From Candidatus Firestoneibacteriota bacterium (GTDB lineage Bacteria; Oederibacteriota; D2-FULL-39-29; JBBTED01): a stretch of DNA of 36,881 bases. Positions 1 to 8,941 of this stretch are shown piece after piece. A program made the position numbers and the translations under genes. The notes beneath the pieces are model-generated. The model did no database searches. It saw only the letters and a list, made by a program, of their open reading frames with translations, and had not been told where the DNA came from. Every line of letters starts with the position of its first letter. Position 1 is the first letter of the stretch. The DNA lies in the NCBI GenBank assembly GCA_038042445.1, contig JBBTED010000077.1, positions 1 to 36,881 on the forward strand, written 5' to 3'.

Positions 1-2
1 TA

Positions 3-1754
3 CCCATTTCTTCCATCCCAGGTAATTTTATTATCATAACCAGCAGTATTACCTTTTCCGCCTTCACTTCCAGCAGAAAAATTCATTTCCTTCACTAAAT
101 CACCAGCCGCATCATATATTCTAATAGTAACATTTGAATCAACATTTAAAATATATTTTATAGTTGTAGACTGTGTCCCAGGGCTAAAAGGATTTGGATA
201 ACTCTGAGCTTCCAAAGTTTTGCCAGTAAGTGTTCTGGTGTTATATTCTATTGTAACTTTGTCAATACTTGGACTATAATTCGCATCAGTTGTTTCAAAA
301 TATGTCTTATATTTTATATATCGTTTTCCACTGTGAACTCCACTAATTGTCTGTCCGCTTTGTGTATAATATGTAGTTTTTGTGCCATCATAACCTAAAA
401 ATTCCCACGTTCCATCTGAACTGTTACTTGAAGCAATTTGAAATTTTACTGTTGTATTTGAAGCTTGTGTAGTAGGTTCCCATAAAATAGTTTTGAATTC
501 ACTTGCAGATGAACAATCTATAACAGATGACTCAAATGTTCCAGAACTTGTATAAGCAACATTGGAAAATTTAAACATTAAATCATAATTATTGTAATCA
601 ACCCAAGAACTACCATTCCAAGTACTGTAAATTGAATTTATTCCATCATAAGTTATACTATTAGAAGTAGTAATTGTAGCACCACCTGATGTACCATTAT
701 TATAAGTATTTGATGATAAAAAATAACGTACTAAATAATAACTTGTTGAAGCAGATGAAGGTGACCGCAAATATATTCTATATGTTTTTCCAACTTGCAA
801 TGTTTTTGGTGAAGTAAATATATAGTAGTACCAGGTAAAGTCATTAGTTATTTGTGAAGTATCAACAACTTTGCCGCTTTCCATTTCAATACCATCTGTT
901 ACATTTTCTAATACTACATACAAATGATCCGCAGGTGGAGTAGGAAGACTACATTTCAAATGGAATCGGACACCATTTACTGACTTGTTATTTCCTGTAA
1001 TTGTAAATTTTTCACCTCTGTATACACCTGAACCATAAACAGATAAATCAGAATAACTACTATATGGATTTCCCTCAACATTTCCACTGGAATCTTCCAA
1101 TAAATAAACAGGTTGATAATCCCATAATATCCATGCAATCGTTGCAGTACTACTATACAATAAATTTGAGCTAGAATCTGTAGTATCACTAAAAGGAGTT
1201 GACAAATTAGGTGGCGTAACACCAACAATTGATAAATAATTAGAACCATTAATTGTTCCACTGCTATAACTTATTACAATATGATAAACAATACCTGCTG
1301 TAATTGGCACACTACTTGTAAGCGTTATAATCTGCCACCTATTCATATATTGTGGTGTAAAAGTAGCAGTTCCAAGTACTCCGCCTGATGGTTTACCAGT
1401 AGTATCATCTGACTGTATTTCGCATTTATATGTAGGCATAGTTCCTAAACCAGAATTATAAACCCAAACCTTTGTAATGGTCCGAGTCTGCTGAGCAGTA
1501 AAACGCATAGAATACCTATGATTCGTACTTGTCATAGAATAATATGTATTTCCATCCACAAAAAACTTAGGTCCATACGTAATAGTAGCAGTAGTAGATA
1601 ATTGCAAATTAGCCGTTGCACCAAATCCACTTGTTATGATATTTGTTAATGTTCCCGAGGAAAAATCTGTATCTGAAGTATGAGTAATAGTTGTAGCAAA
1701 TGAAAACACAGGCAATAGAATTAAACTGATAACTACAATAAATCTTTTTAACAT
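3..1754 (-). CDS. Secreted/surface protein with C-terminal FlgD-Ig / T9SS type-A sorting-like domain (runs off the left edge; absent from the ORF track)
   Basis: Manual translation from ATG 1754 stays open to the window edge. Signal peptide MLKRFIVVISLILLPVFSFA, Ser/Thr/Tyr-rich beta-type body, and near the end SYPNPFSPGTQSTTIKYILNVDSNVTIRIYDAAGDLVKEM...ITWDGRNG. Confidence 0.85.
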   Translation of the reverse strand, partial: MLKRFIVVISLILLPVFSFATTITHTSDTDFSSGTLTNIITSGFGATANLQLSTTATITYGPKFFVDGNTYYSMTSTNHRYSMRFTAQQTRTITKVWVYNSGLGTMPTYKCEIQSDDTTGKPSGGVLGTATFTPQYMNRWQIITLTSSVPITAGIVYHIVISYSSGTINGSNYLSIVGVTPPNLSTPFSDTTDSSSNLLYSSTATIAWILWDYQPVYLLEDSSGNVEGNPYSSYSDLSVYGSGVYRGEKFTITGNNKSVNGVRFHLKCSLPTPPADHLYVVLENVTDGIEMESGKVVDTSQITNDFTWYYYIFTSPKTLQVGKTYRIYLRSPSSASTSYYLVRYFLSSNTYNNGTSGGATITTSNSITYDGINSIYSTWNGSSWVDYNNYDLMFKFSNVAYTSSGTFESSVIDCSSASEFKTILWEPTTQASNTTVKFQIASSNSSDGTWEFLGYDGTKTTYYTQSGQTISGVHSGKRYIKYKTYFETTDANYSPSIDKVTIEYNTRTLTGKTLEAQSYPNPFSPGTQSTTIKYILNVDSNVTIRIYDAAGDLVKEMNFSAGSEGGKGNTAGYDNKITWDGRNG

Positions 1755-1795
1755 ATCTTATTATACTACACTTCAACTTGTTTCAAGTCAAACCT

Positions 1796-2788
1796 TTAAT
1801 TCTTTTTGTTCTTTTTAAGTTTCTCTATTTCATTTTTTACAAATGTTAAGTCCAGAGACAAATCCTTATATTTAGCTAATATTTTATTTAGCATAAATAT
1901 TTTATCATTTGATGTTAAACTTTTTGCTTTACATATCTTTTGATAATATTTTATATCATTTTCTAATGAAATTTTTAACTCGTCAGAAGATTTTTTTTCT
2001 ACAACAACAGAAAGCGGCTTTTTAACATTCATCTTCTGCATAGCATTCTGAATGGCTTTATTTATAGATATATTTTCATTTCTTTCACGCAACTTTGCAA
2101 GTTTAATAAGCAAAGGCAATGATGATTTATCTCCAATATCTGCAATAGCATTTATTGCAGCACAAGCAATATAATCATCTTTATCTAAAACCAAAGACTC
2201 CACGGTTTTTAAACCACTTTTATCATTCATTTTACCTAATGCAGATGCAGTCAAACAACGTATGTATTTATCTTTATCATTCAACAGTTTTTTTAAATGA
2301 AGAATTGTAGAATTCTCCTTAATTTCACCAAGTGCTACAATAACCCGCTCTCTCACTCCAAAATCAGAATCATTTAAACATTTTAATAAAACAGGAACTG
2401 CCTCTTTATCCTTAATTACTCCTAACAAATATGCAGAAGTCATTCTTACTATAGAATTTTTATCACTCAATAAAGAATCTTTTAATTGAATAACTGCTTC
2501 TTTGCCTAATTGGGCAAGACTATTTATTGCAGCATCACGTTCATCAAAATTTTCACTTTTTAATTTTTCAATATACTCCTTTACTTTGCTGGTAGTTACA
2601 TCAATAGAAGTTGTTTTTGTTACACCCGGCAATTCCGGAATAATTGATTTTTGCTCTAATATTGGAGATACAGGCAACTCCTGTTCCTGTTTAGATTTTG
2701 GTTTTAGAATTATGATATAAATCAATAAAAGAACAAGAATAGCAATAATTATATAAATTATTTTTTTAGGCATCAATTTTATATCCAT
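1796..2788 (-). CDS. Membrane-anchored HEAT/PBS-lyase repeat protein
   Basis: N-terminal hydrophobic helix IIYIIIAILVLLLIYIIIL; repeated VRxxAAxxLG / LxDxD motifs. Confidence 0.85.
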   Translation of the reverse strand: MDIKLMPKKIIYIIIAILVLLLIYIIILKPKSKQEQELPVSPILEQKSIIPELPGVTKTTSIDVTTSKVKEYIEKLKSENFDERDAAINSLAQLGKEAVIQLKDSLLSDKNSIVRMTSAYLLGVIKDKEAVPVLLKCLNDSDFGVRERVIVALGEIKENSTILHLKKLLNDKDKYIRCLTASALGKMNDKSGLKTVESLVLDKDDYIACAAINAIADIGDKSSLPLLIKLAKLRERNENISINKAIQNAMQKMNVKKPLSVVVEKKSSDELKISLENDIKYYQKICKAKSLTSNDKIFMLNKILAKYKDLSLDLTFVKNEIEKLKKNKKN

Positions 2789-2830
2789 ACTTTAATTATA
2801 TTTTGACATACTTTCTTATAATTGTAAAGA

Positions 2831-4198
2831 TTATTGTTTGCCACAGATTTTAATGACTGCTTGATATATTACTTTTAACATATAACGAAGTTGTGGTATT
2901 TCTATTGCCAAAGGCGGTATTATTACTATTACATCACCTAATGGCCGTATTAATAACCTATGTTTTCTGGCTTCCAAACAAATCTTTACACTGATTTTAT
3001 CAGTAATTTTAAATGGTTCTTTTGTGTTTTTATTTTTTACCAATTCAATACCTGCCATAAAACCACATTGCCTTATATCACCAACCCAAGGCAAATTTTT
3101 GAATTTTTCAAGTTCTTTAGATAAAACTTTTATTTTTGGCTGTAATTTTTCAAGAGTTTTTTCTTTCTTGAATATATTTAAGTTAGCAATTGCACTTGCA
3201 CACGCTAAAGGATTTCCTGTATAACTATGACCATGATAAAATGTTTTTTGCTCTTCAAGTTTCCCCAAAAATGCATTGTAAATTTCATTTGTAGCAAAAG
3301 TTACTGCAAGCGGTAAATAACCACCTGTTATACCCTTACCTACTGCCATTAAATCTGGCTTTATATTTTCATATTCACAAGCAAACATTTTTCCTGTTCT
3401 GCCAAAACCCACAGCAACCTCATCTGCAATAAGTAATATTTTGTTTTCTTTGCAAATCTGCTCTATTTTTTTAATATAACCCTGAGGCATCACTATAATT
3501 CCAGCTGCTGCCTGAACCAATGGCTCTATTATCATAGCACATATTTCTTTTTTATGTTTTTTGACAAGTTTTTCTATTTTTTTTATGCAATCCCAATTGC
3601 AATTAACCTTATATGGAATTCTACCAACTATATTCGTAAAACTCTTACAATTCGGACATCTATAGCAATATGGTGATGTCGCAAAATATGTTTTAAACAA
3701 AAGTGGCTTATACTTTGAGTGAAATAAACTCATTCCACCTACACTTACTGCTCCAATTGTATCCCCATGGTAAGCATTCTTAACTGCTAAAAATTTAGTC
3801 CTTTGCTTTTCTCCTTTATTTTGCCAATACTGATAAGCCATCTTTATGGCAATTTCTACAGCTTCAGCTCCATCTTCTGAATAAAACACTTTACATAATT
3901 TACCAGGCACTATCTTAATTAATTTTTCAGCCAATTCTACAGATGGAACATTTGCAATTCCAAGTAAAGTTGAGTGAGCAATTTTAGCAAGCTGTTTATT
4001 TATTGCATTATCTATTTCTTTTTTCCTATGACCATGAACATTAACCCAAAGTGAAGATATTCCATCTAAATATTTATTGCCATAAATATCATAAAGCCAC
4101 ATTCTTTTCCCTTTTTCTATTACAAAAGATTTATACTCCCGCATCTGAGTAAAAGGATGCCAAATATATTTTTTATCTTTTTGTTCTAAGTTATTCAT
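2831..4198 (-). CDS. bioA: 7,8-diaminononanoate (DAPA) aminotransferase
   Basis: IWHPFTQM, DGISSLWVNVHGH, YHGDTIGA, IADEVAVGFGRTG, GKGITGGYLPLA, HGHSYTGNP. Start moved to ATG 4198 (MNNLEQKD) to avoid overlap with the upstream gene. Confidence 0.95.
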   Translation of the reverse strand: MNNLEQKDKKYIWHPFTQMREYKSFVIEKGKRMWLYDIYGNKYLDGISSLWVNVHGHRKKEIDNAINKQLAKIAHSTLLGIANVPSVELAEKLIKIVPGKLCKVFYSEDGAEAVEIAIKMAYQYWQNKGEKQRTKFLAVKNAYHGDTIGAVSVGGMSLFHSKYKPLLFKTYFATSPYCYRCPNCKSFTNIVGRIPYKVNCNWDCIKKIEKLVKKHKKEICAMIIEPLVQAAAGIIVMPQGYIKKIEQICKENKILLIADEVAVGFGRTGKMFACEYENIKPDLMAVGKGITGGYLPLAVTFATNEIYNAFLGKLEEQKTFYHGHSYTGNPLACASAIANLNIFKKEKTLEKLQPKIKVLSKELEKFKNLPWVGDIRQCGFMAGIELVKNKNTKEPFKITDKISVKICLEARKHRLLIRPLGDVIVIIPPLAIEIPQLRYMLKVIYQAVIKICGKQ

Positions 4199-4202
4199 AT
4201 TG

Positions 4203-4970
4203 TTACTTGTTGATAGTAATTGTATCCTCATATACTCCAGATGAAACTGAAGAAGGCTTAAAACTATACACTTCGTTTACAAATGCCCCAGATGAATCCT
4301 TTGTTTTAACCGAAATATCTAAAATTTTAATAGCGTCTTTTGCATCATTAACTTCAATGCGAATCTGATTAGTTCCAATTTGCAACCCATTTGTAAGACG
4401 CATTGATTCGCTTCCATTTATACTGCTTTGCTTTACACCATTTATTATTATAGTTGTGTTATATCCATAAGAAGTAACATTTAACATTGCATCCATAACC
4501 TGTGAATTCTGTCCTGAAGCAGGAACAAAAGATGTAAGATAATATTTACCATCTTTGATTCCCAATGGATAACGCGTTTCACTATTATTCTCACCACTAA
4601 ATTGAACAACAAGATTAGCAACTAATTCAAGATTAGGACGATACTGTACGTTTTCTTTTGTGTATCCAAGTGTTTCCTCACCAGTCAATGAACTAATTGT
4701 GATAGTCTCTATTTTTCTGTCGAAATTTTCTGTAAAATACTGTTTGGACAACTGGCGCATTTCATCTGTAACATTTTCACCATATATCAAATTCATAAGT
4801 TCATCAATATTATTTGTTTCATGTGCTTTTTTAAAAGCTGAAATAAATTCTTTTTGCATAGTTTCATTTTTTTTAGCATCTGATTTCATAGAAGATTTTT
4901 TATGACATCCAATACTATTTATTAAAAAAACAGCAATTACTATACATATAATTTTATTCATTTTTGCCAA
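4203..4970 (-). CDS. Hypothetical lipoprotein inserted between bioD and bioA
   Basis: Lipobox-like INSIG-C after a hydrophobic stretch; SD AAGGAGG upstream; true start may be ATG 4961. Confidence 0.7.
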   Translation of the reverse strand: MAKMNKIICIVIAVFLINSIGCHKKSSMKSDAKKNETMQKEFISAFKKAHETNNIDELMNLIYGENVTDEMRQLSKQYFTENFDRKIETITISSLTGEETLGYTKENVQYRPNLELVANLVVQFSGENNSETRYPLGIKDGKYYLTSFVPASGQNSQVMDAMLNVTSYGYNTTIIINGVKQSSINGSESMRLTNGLQIGTNQIRIEVNDAKDAIKILDISVKTKDSSGAFVNEVYSFKPSSVSSGVYEDTITINK

Positions 4971-4990
4971 TCCTCCTTATTTCCCCTTTA

Positions 4991-5140
4991 GAGACTGTGT
5001 CATAATTAAGAGTTTGACTGTCATTCCCGCGAAAGCGGGAATCCAGTGACTTTAAAACCCTTTAAAATCAAAGCTTCTGGATTCCCGATAAAAGCATTCG
5101 GGAATGACAACCTAAAATATAACCATTATGACACAATCTC
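4991..5140. mobile_element. 150-bp MITE with 16-bp terminal inverted repeats and TTA target duplication
   Basis: GAGACTGTGTCATAAT (4991-5006) versus ATTATGACACAATCTC (5125-5140), 15/16 inverted match; TTA on both flanks (4988-4990, 5141-5143). Confidence 0.8.
5019..5109. repeat. Dimeric GTC-tagged palindromic repeat with ATTCCC...GGGAAT (dRS3-like) cores, inside the MITE
   Basis: TGTCATTCCCGCGAAAGCGGGAATCCAG ... CTGGATTCCCGATAAAAGCATTCGGGAATGACA. Confidence 0.85.
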
Positions 5141-5156
5141 TTAATAAAGGGGATTA

Positions 5157-5822
5157 TTAAATTAAAGCAGTTAATATTTTTGAATTTTTTAAAACATCTG
5201 CAAGAAGTTTTATATTTTTTGGATACTGTTTATCCCATTTTATTTTTGCAAGAATTGGATACCCTGAAATTTCTTCAATTATATCTGAATTTGTTTTTTC
5301 TGGTACTCCTATTTTTTTAAACCCATTAATTATTACTCCTAAAATTTTTATCTTACGTTTTTCAAGCACTTCAATTGTCATAAATGTATGATTTAAGGTT
5401 CCCAACCCAGGTCTTGATAGTATAATTACCGGCAATTTAAAATCTTTTATTAAATCTGTAACAAAATAATTTTTAAGTATTGGAACCATTGCTCCGCCTA
5501 TACCTTCTGCTATTACAAAATCACAATTTTTTGATAGGTTATCCAATGACTTAAATATTTTTTTAAAGTTTATACTTTTATTTTCAAGTTTTGCTGCTGC
5601 ATACGGTGCAAGAGGAAGCTTGAATTGAATAGGAGATATAATGTTTTTATATGATAAACATTTTTGCAGATAAATTATATCCTGACTTGGAATTCCACCT
5701 GAAGATATTGGTTTGATTATTCCAACTCGCACTCCTTTTTCAAGCAACATTTTAGCAATTCCAGCTACAATTAAAGTTTTACCTACACCTGTATCTGTCC
5801 CTGTTATAAAAATTCCTTTCAT
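5157..5822 (-). CDS. bioD: Dethiobiotin synthetase
   Basis: FITGTDTGVGKT P-loop, IKPISSG, EGIGG, LGTLNHT. Confidence 0.96.
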   Translation of the reverse strand: MKGIFITGTDTGVGKTLIVAGIAKMLLEKGVRVGIIKPISSGGIPSQDIIYLQKCLSYKNIISPIQFKLPLAPYAAAKLENKSINFKKIFKSLDNLSKNCDFVIAEGIGGAMVPILKNYFVTDLIKDFKLPVIILSRPGLGTLNHTFMTIEVLEKRKIKILGVIINGFKKIGVPEKTNSDIIEEISGYPILAKIKWDKQYPKNIKLLADVLKNSKILTALI

Positions 5823-5828
5823 CTCATT

Positions 5829-5899
5829 AGACCCTGAAACAAGTTCAGGGTGACAATTCTTGTTATTCTATCTGTCATGCCGAACTTGTTTCGGCATCT
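5829..5899. repeat. Two inverted 27-nt GTC-tagged hairpin repeats; one overlaps the 3' end of bioF
   Basis: AGACCCTGAAACAAGTTCAGGGTGACA (5829-5855) and TGTCATGCCGAACTTGTTTCGGCATCT (5873-5899). Confidence 0.85.
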
Positions 5900-7041
5900 C
5901 GTTTCAACATCTCTATCAATTTGTCCAGATGTTCTTTTGTGTGTCCTGATGTTAAAGAAATTCTTAGCCTGCTTGTTCCATTTGGAACTGTTGGAGGTCT
6001 AATTGCTGGAACAAAAATTCCATTTTCAAAAAGTTCTTTTGCTATATCAAGTGTTTTTTCTGTATCTCCAATTAGTATTGGAATAATCGGAGTTTCAGAA
6101 TCTAATGTATTCAATTTGTGTTCTTTAAGTTTACCAAGTAAATATTTTGTATTATTCCATAGTTTTTCATTCAGTTTTTTTTCTTTTTCAATCATTTCTA
6201 TTCCTGCAATAGCAGCTCCACAAACTCCTGCAGGCAATGCAGTAGTATAAATAAAACTTCTGGCTTTATTGCGTAAATAATCAATTAATTCAAAACTGCC
6301 TGCAACAAATCCACCTAAACTACCAATTGCTTTACTCAAAGTCCCCATTACAACATCTACAGATTTTTCATCTATTCCAAAATATTCCAAAGCACCTTTT
6401 CCGTTTTTGCCAAGAACACCTGTTCCATGCGCATCATCAATCATCAACATCGCATCATTTTGCTTTGCCAACTTAACAATTTCCGGTAATGGTGCAATAT
6501 CGCCATCCATAGAAAATATTGTATCTGTAATTATTAATCTTCTCCTGAAATTTATATAGCGTTTTAGAATTTTTTCCAGTTGATTCAAATCTTTATGTGA
6601 ATACACAAGTATTTTCGCACCAGACTGTTTACAAGCATCAATTATACTTGCATGATTCAAATGATCAATGATAACTGCATCTTTTGCATCAACTAATGAG
6701 GTTATTGCTCCGATATTTGCCATATAACCTGTAGGAAAAACTAATGAACTTTTAGTATTTTTAAATTTTGCAATTTTATCTTCAAGTTCTTCGTAGATTT
6801 TAAGATTACCAGATATCAAACGAGATGCACCTGCACCACAACCATATTTTCCAATAGCTTCAATACTCTTAGATTTTAAATATGGATAATTTGCAAGACC
6901 TAGATAGTTATTTGAAGAAAATGATATATACGTTTTACCATTGATTGTTAATTGCACATCCTGAGGACTATCAATTACACGTAAATATCTGTATAAATTT
7001 AATTTTTTAAGTTTATCTAATTCTTCAGCAAAAAATCTCAT
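5875..7041 (-). CDS. bioF: 8-amino-7-oxononanoate synthase
   Basis: FSSNNYLGLA, GAGASRLISGN, LNHASIIDAC, FSMDGD, DDAHGTGVLG, GTLSKA, AIRPPTVP; adjacent to bioD. Confidence 0.95.
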   Translation of the reverse strand: MRFFAEELDKLKKLNLYRYLRVIDSPQDVQLTINGKTYISFSSNNYLGLANYPYLKSKSIEAIGKYGCGAGASRLISGNLKIYEELEDKIAKFKNTKSSLVFPTGYMANIGAITSLVDAKDAVIIDHLNHASIIDACKQSGAKILVYSHKDLNQLEKILKRYINFRRRLIITDTIFSMDGDIAPLPEIVKLAKQNDAMLMIDDAHGTGVLGKNGKGALEYFGIDEKSVDVVMGTLSKAIGSLGGFVAGSFELIDYLRNKARSFIYTTALPAGVCGAAIAGIEMIEKEKKLNEKLWNNTKYLLGKLKEHKLNTLDSETPIIPILIGDTEKTLDIAKELFENGIFVPAIRPPTVPNGTSRLRISLTSGHTKEHLDKLIEMLKRDAETSSA

Positions 7042-7064
7042 TGAACACAGTATAATGGAAAAAC

Positions 7065-8870
7065 TTATTTTTTACCAGATGTTACAGGTTTAGTCGTTGT
7101 TGATTTTTTAGTAATAGCCTTTTTCTTTGCAGTTGATGAAGAAGTTGTTGTTTTAGCAATAGGAACTGGACTCACAGGAATAACACTTACTTCTTCTGAA
7201 TAATCACTTTCTGTATTGGATTTATCAACTGATGTTATGACAAAATAATATGCAACTCCATTTTTTAAATAAATGTCAGTATAAGTCGTTTCTTTAACAG
7301 AATCTTCATTCACCTTTTTATACCACTTTTTAGATGTTCTGCTTTCATAAATATTATATCCAATAACATTAGTATCCTGACTTTTTTCCCATGTAATTAC
7401 AACTGATTCATTAGAAGGAGAAGCTTTAACACTTATTGGTACAGCAGGCTTTTGAGTCGTAACCGTTACTACTTTCAAAGTCACTTCAATATTCTCTGAA
7501 AAAGCGCTTTCTTTACTTGTAAGTTTTCCTATTGAAGTAACAGCAAAAGTAAATGGAACATCATCTTTTAAATAATCAACTGTATATTTATTTTCGTTAA
7601 CAACTTCATCATTTATTTTTACAAATTTGCCGGTTTTTTTTCGCATATAAATATTATATCCATAAACTTCACTACCTGAAGAATTCTCCCATAATAAAGT
7701 AATTGTTCCATTTTCTGCTTTTGCCTGCAATTTAACCGGAGGCAAAACCACTTCTTCAATTTTTTCTTCTTTTTTCGAGTCCTGAACTAACATTGGTTTA
7801 AGCAAAGCAGGACTTAACGTTAATTTCCATATATCCCATTTTCCACCTCTATTTGAATAGAAATAAATATATTTGCCATCAGAAGACCAGCAAGGACTTC
7901 TGTCACAGGAATAATTAGTAGTAATCTGGATTATTCCAGTTCCATCAGAATTTACAATCCAGATATTCCAATTTACAGGAATACCTTCCAATATACCTGC
8001 ATTACTAATGAATGCAATTTTATTGCCATCAATTGAGCACACAGGGCCAATTGAATCACCATCCATAAAAGTAAGTTGTGTTGGATTGGCACCATCTGAA
8101 GATATAGACCATATCTGTGAATAAATCATTTTTCCTTTATTTGTTTCTGTTTCTGTTTTTCTGATAAAAAATATTTTTTTGCCATCAGGAGACCACTTTG
8201 GCATATCACCTACACATAATTCAGTTGGTTCAGAACCATCTATATTGATTGTAAATATCTTAGGCATACTAGCTCCCTGAACAATAGATGAAAATACAAT
8301 TTTCTGACCATCACGTGAAACATCTGCATTAGAATCAGTTGATAAACCAAATGTTAATTGTGTAACACCACCTATTCCAGCAGCTCCTATTTTCCATAAT
8401 TTTGTTATACCTATTTTACTATCTAATATCCCTTTTCTATCTGATGAATAAACTATATATTTCCCATCAGGTGTCCATGTAGGATCAGTATCATTTGAAG
8501 ATTCGGTCACTATCCGGACAATTCCTATTCCAGTAGTAGAATGGACAGTATTTATATTAAAATTCTTGTTTCCTTTTAATGGAGTAAAAAATTCCTGATA
8601 GGCAATACGTGTTCCATCTGGAGATAATTCTAATTTTTCTATTTCAAAATTTGCATTATTATCTGTAACACGAACTATATCCAATACATAAATAGATTTT
8701 TCTGAAGTATTCATATCTACAGCATACTCTATTTCAACTGCTTTAGATATTTCTTCACCTGTTTTTGAATCCTGTTTTGCTTCAAATTCATGCCTGACCA
8801 CTTTCATCTGAGAAGAACATCCTGTAATAAAAAAACCTAAGCTTATAATTATAAAGATTCTACGATACAT
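7065..8870 (-). CDS. Lipoprotein with TolB-like (PD40) beta-propeller, two fibronectin type III domains and a Thr/Lys-rich tail
   Basis: Lipobox FITG-C; repeated PxWSPDGKKI motifs; FN3 motifs ITLLWE...GYNIY...FAVTS and VVITWE...GYNIY...YYFVITSVD...ES. Confidence 0.85.
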   Translation of the reverse strand: MYRRIFIIISLGFFITGCSSQMKVVRHEFEAKQDSKTGEEISKAVEIEYAVDMNTSEKSIYVLDIVRVTDNNANFEIEKLELSPDGTRIAYQEFFTPLKGNKNFNINTVHSTTGIGIVRIVTESSNDTDPTWTPDGKYIVYSSDRKGILDSKIGITKLWKIGAAGIGGVTQLTFGLSTDSNADVSRDGQKIVFSSIVQGASMPKIFTINIDGSEPTELCVGDMPKWSPDGKKIFFIRKTETETNKGKMIYSQIWSISSDGANPTQLTFMDGDSIGPVCSIDGNKIAFISNAGILEGIPVNWNIWIVNSDGTGIIQITTNYSCDRSPCWSSDGKYIYFYSNRGGKWDIWKLTLSPALLKPMLVQDSKKEEKIEEVVLPPVKLQAKAENGTITLLWENSSGSEVYGYNIYMRKKTGKFVKINDEVVNENKYTVDYLKDDVPFTFAVTSIGKLTSKESAFSENIEVTLKVVTVTTQKPAVPISVKASPSNESVVITWEKSQDTNVIGYNIYESRTSKKWYKKVNEDSVKETTYTDIYLKNGVAYYFVITSVDKSNTESDYSEEVSVIPVSPVPIAKTTTSSSTAKKKAITKKSTTTKPVTSGKK

Positions 8871-8907
8871 TTTATCCCCCTTGGATAGTTATGAATCTAT
8901 CCAAATA

Positions 8908-8936
8908 ATTATATCAATTTTTTACAGTACATTCAA
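8908..8936 (-). promoter_or_regulatory. Sigma70-type promoter for the TolB/FN3 lipoprotein gene
   Basis: TTGAAT-17 bp-TATAAT with TGn extended -10; GGGGG SD downstream. Confidence 0.6.
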
Positions 8937-8941
8937 ATGAA

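Noticed and set aside
977..1261. 94-aa minus-strand ORF in the track
   Set aside because: Lies in an alternative frame inside the real 3-1754 CDS.
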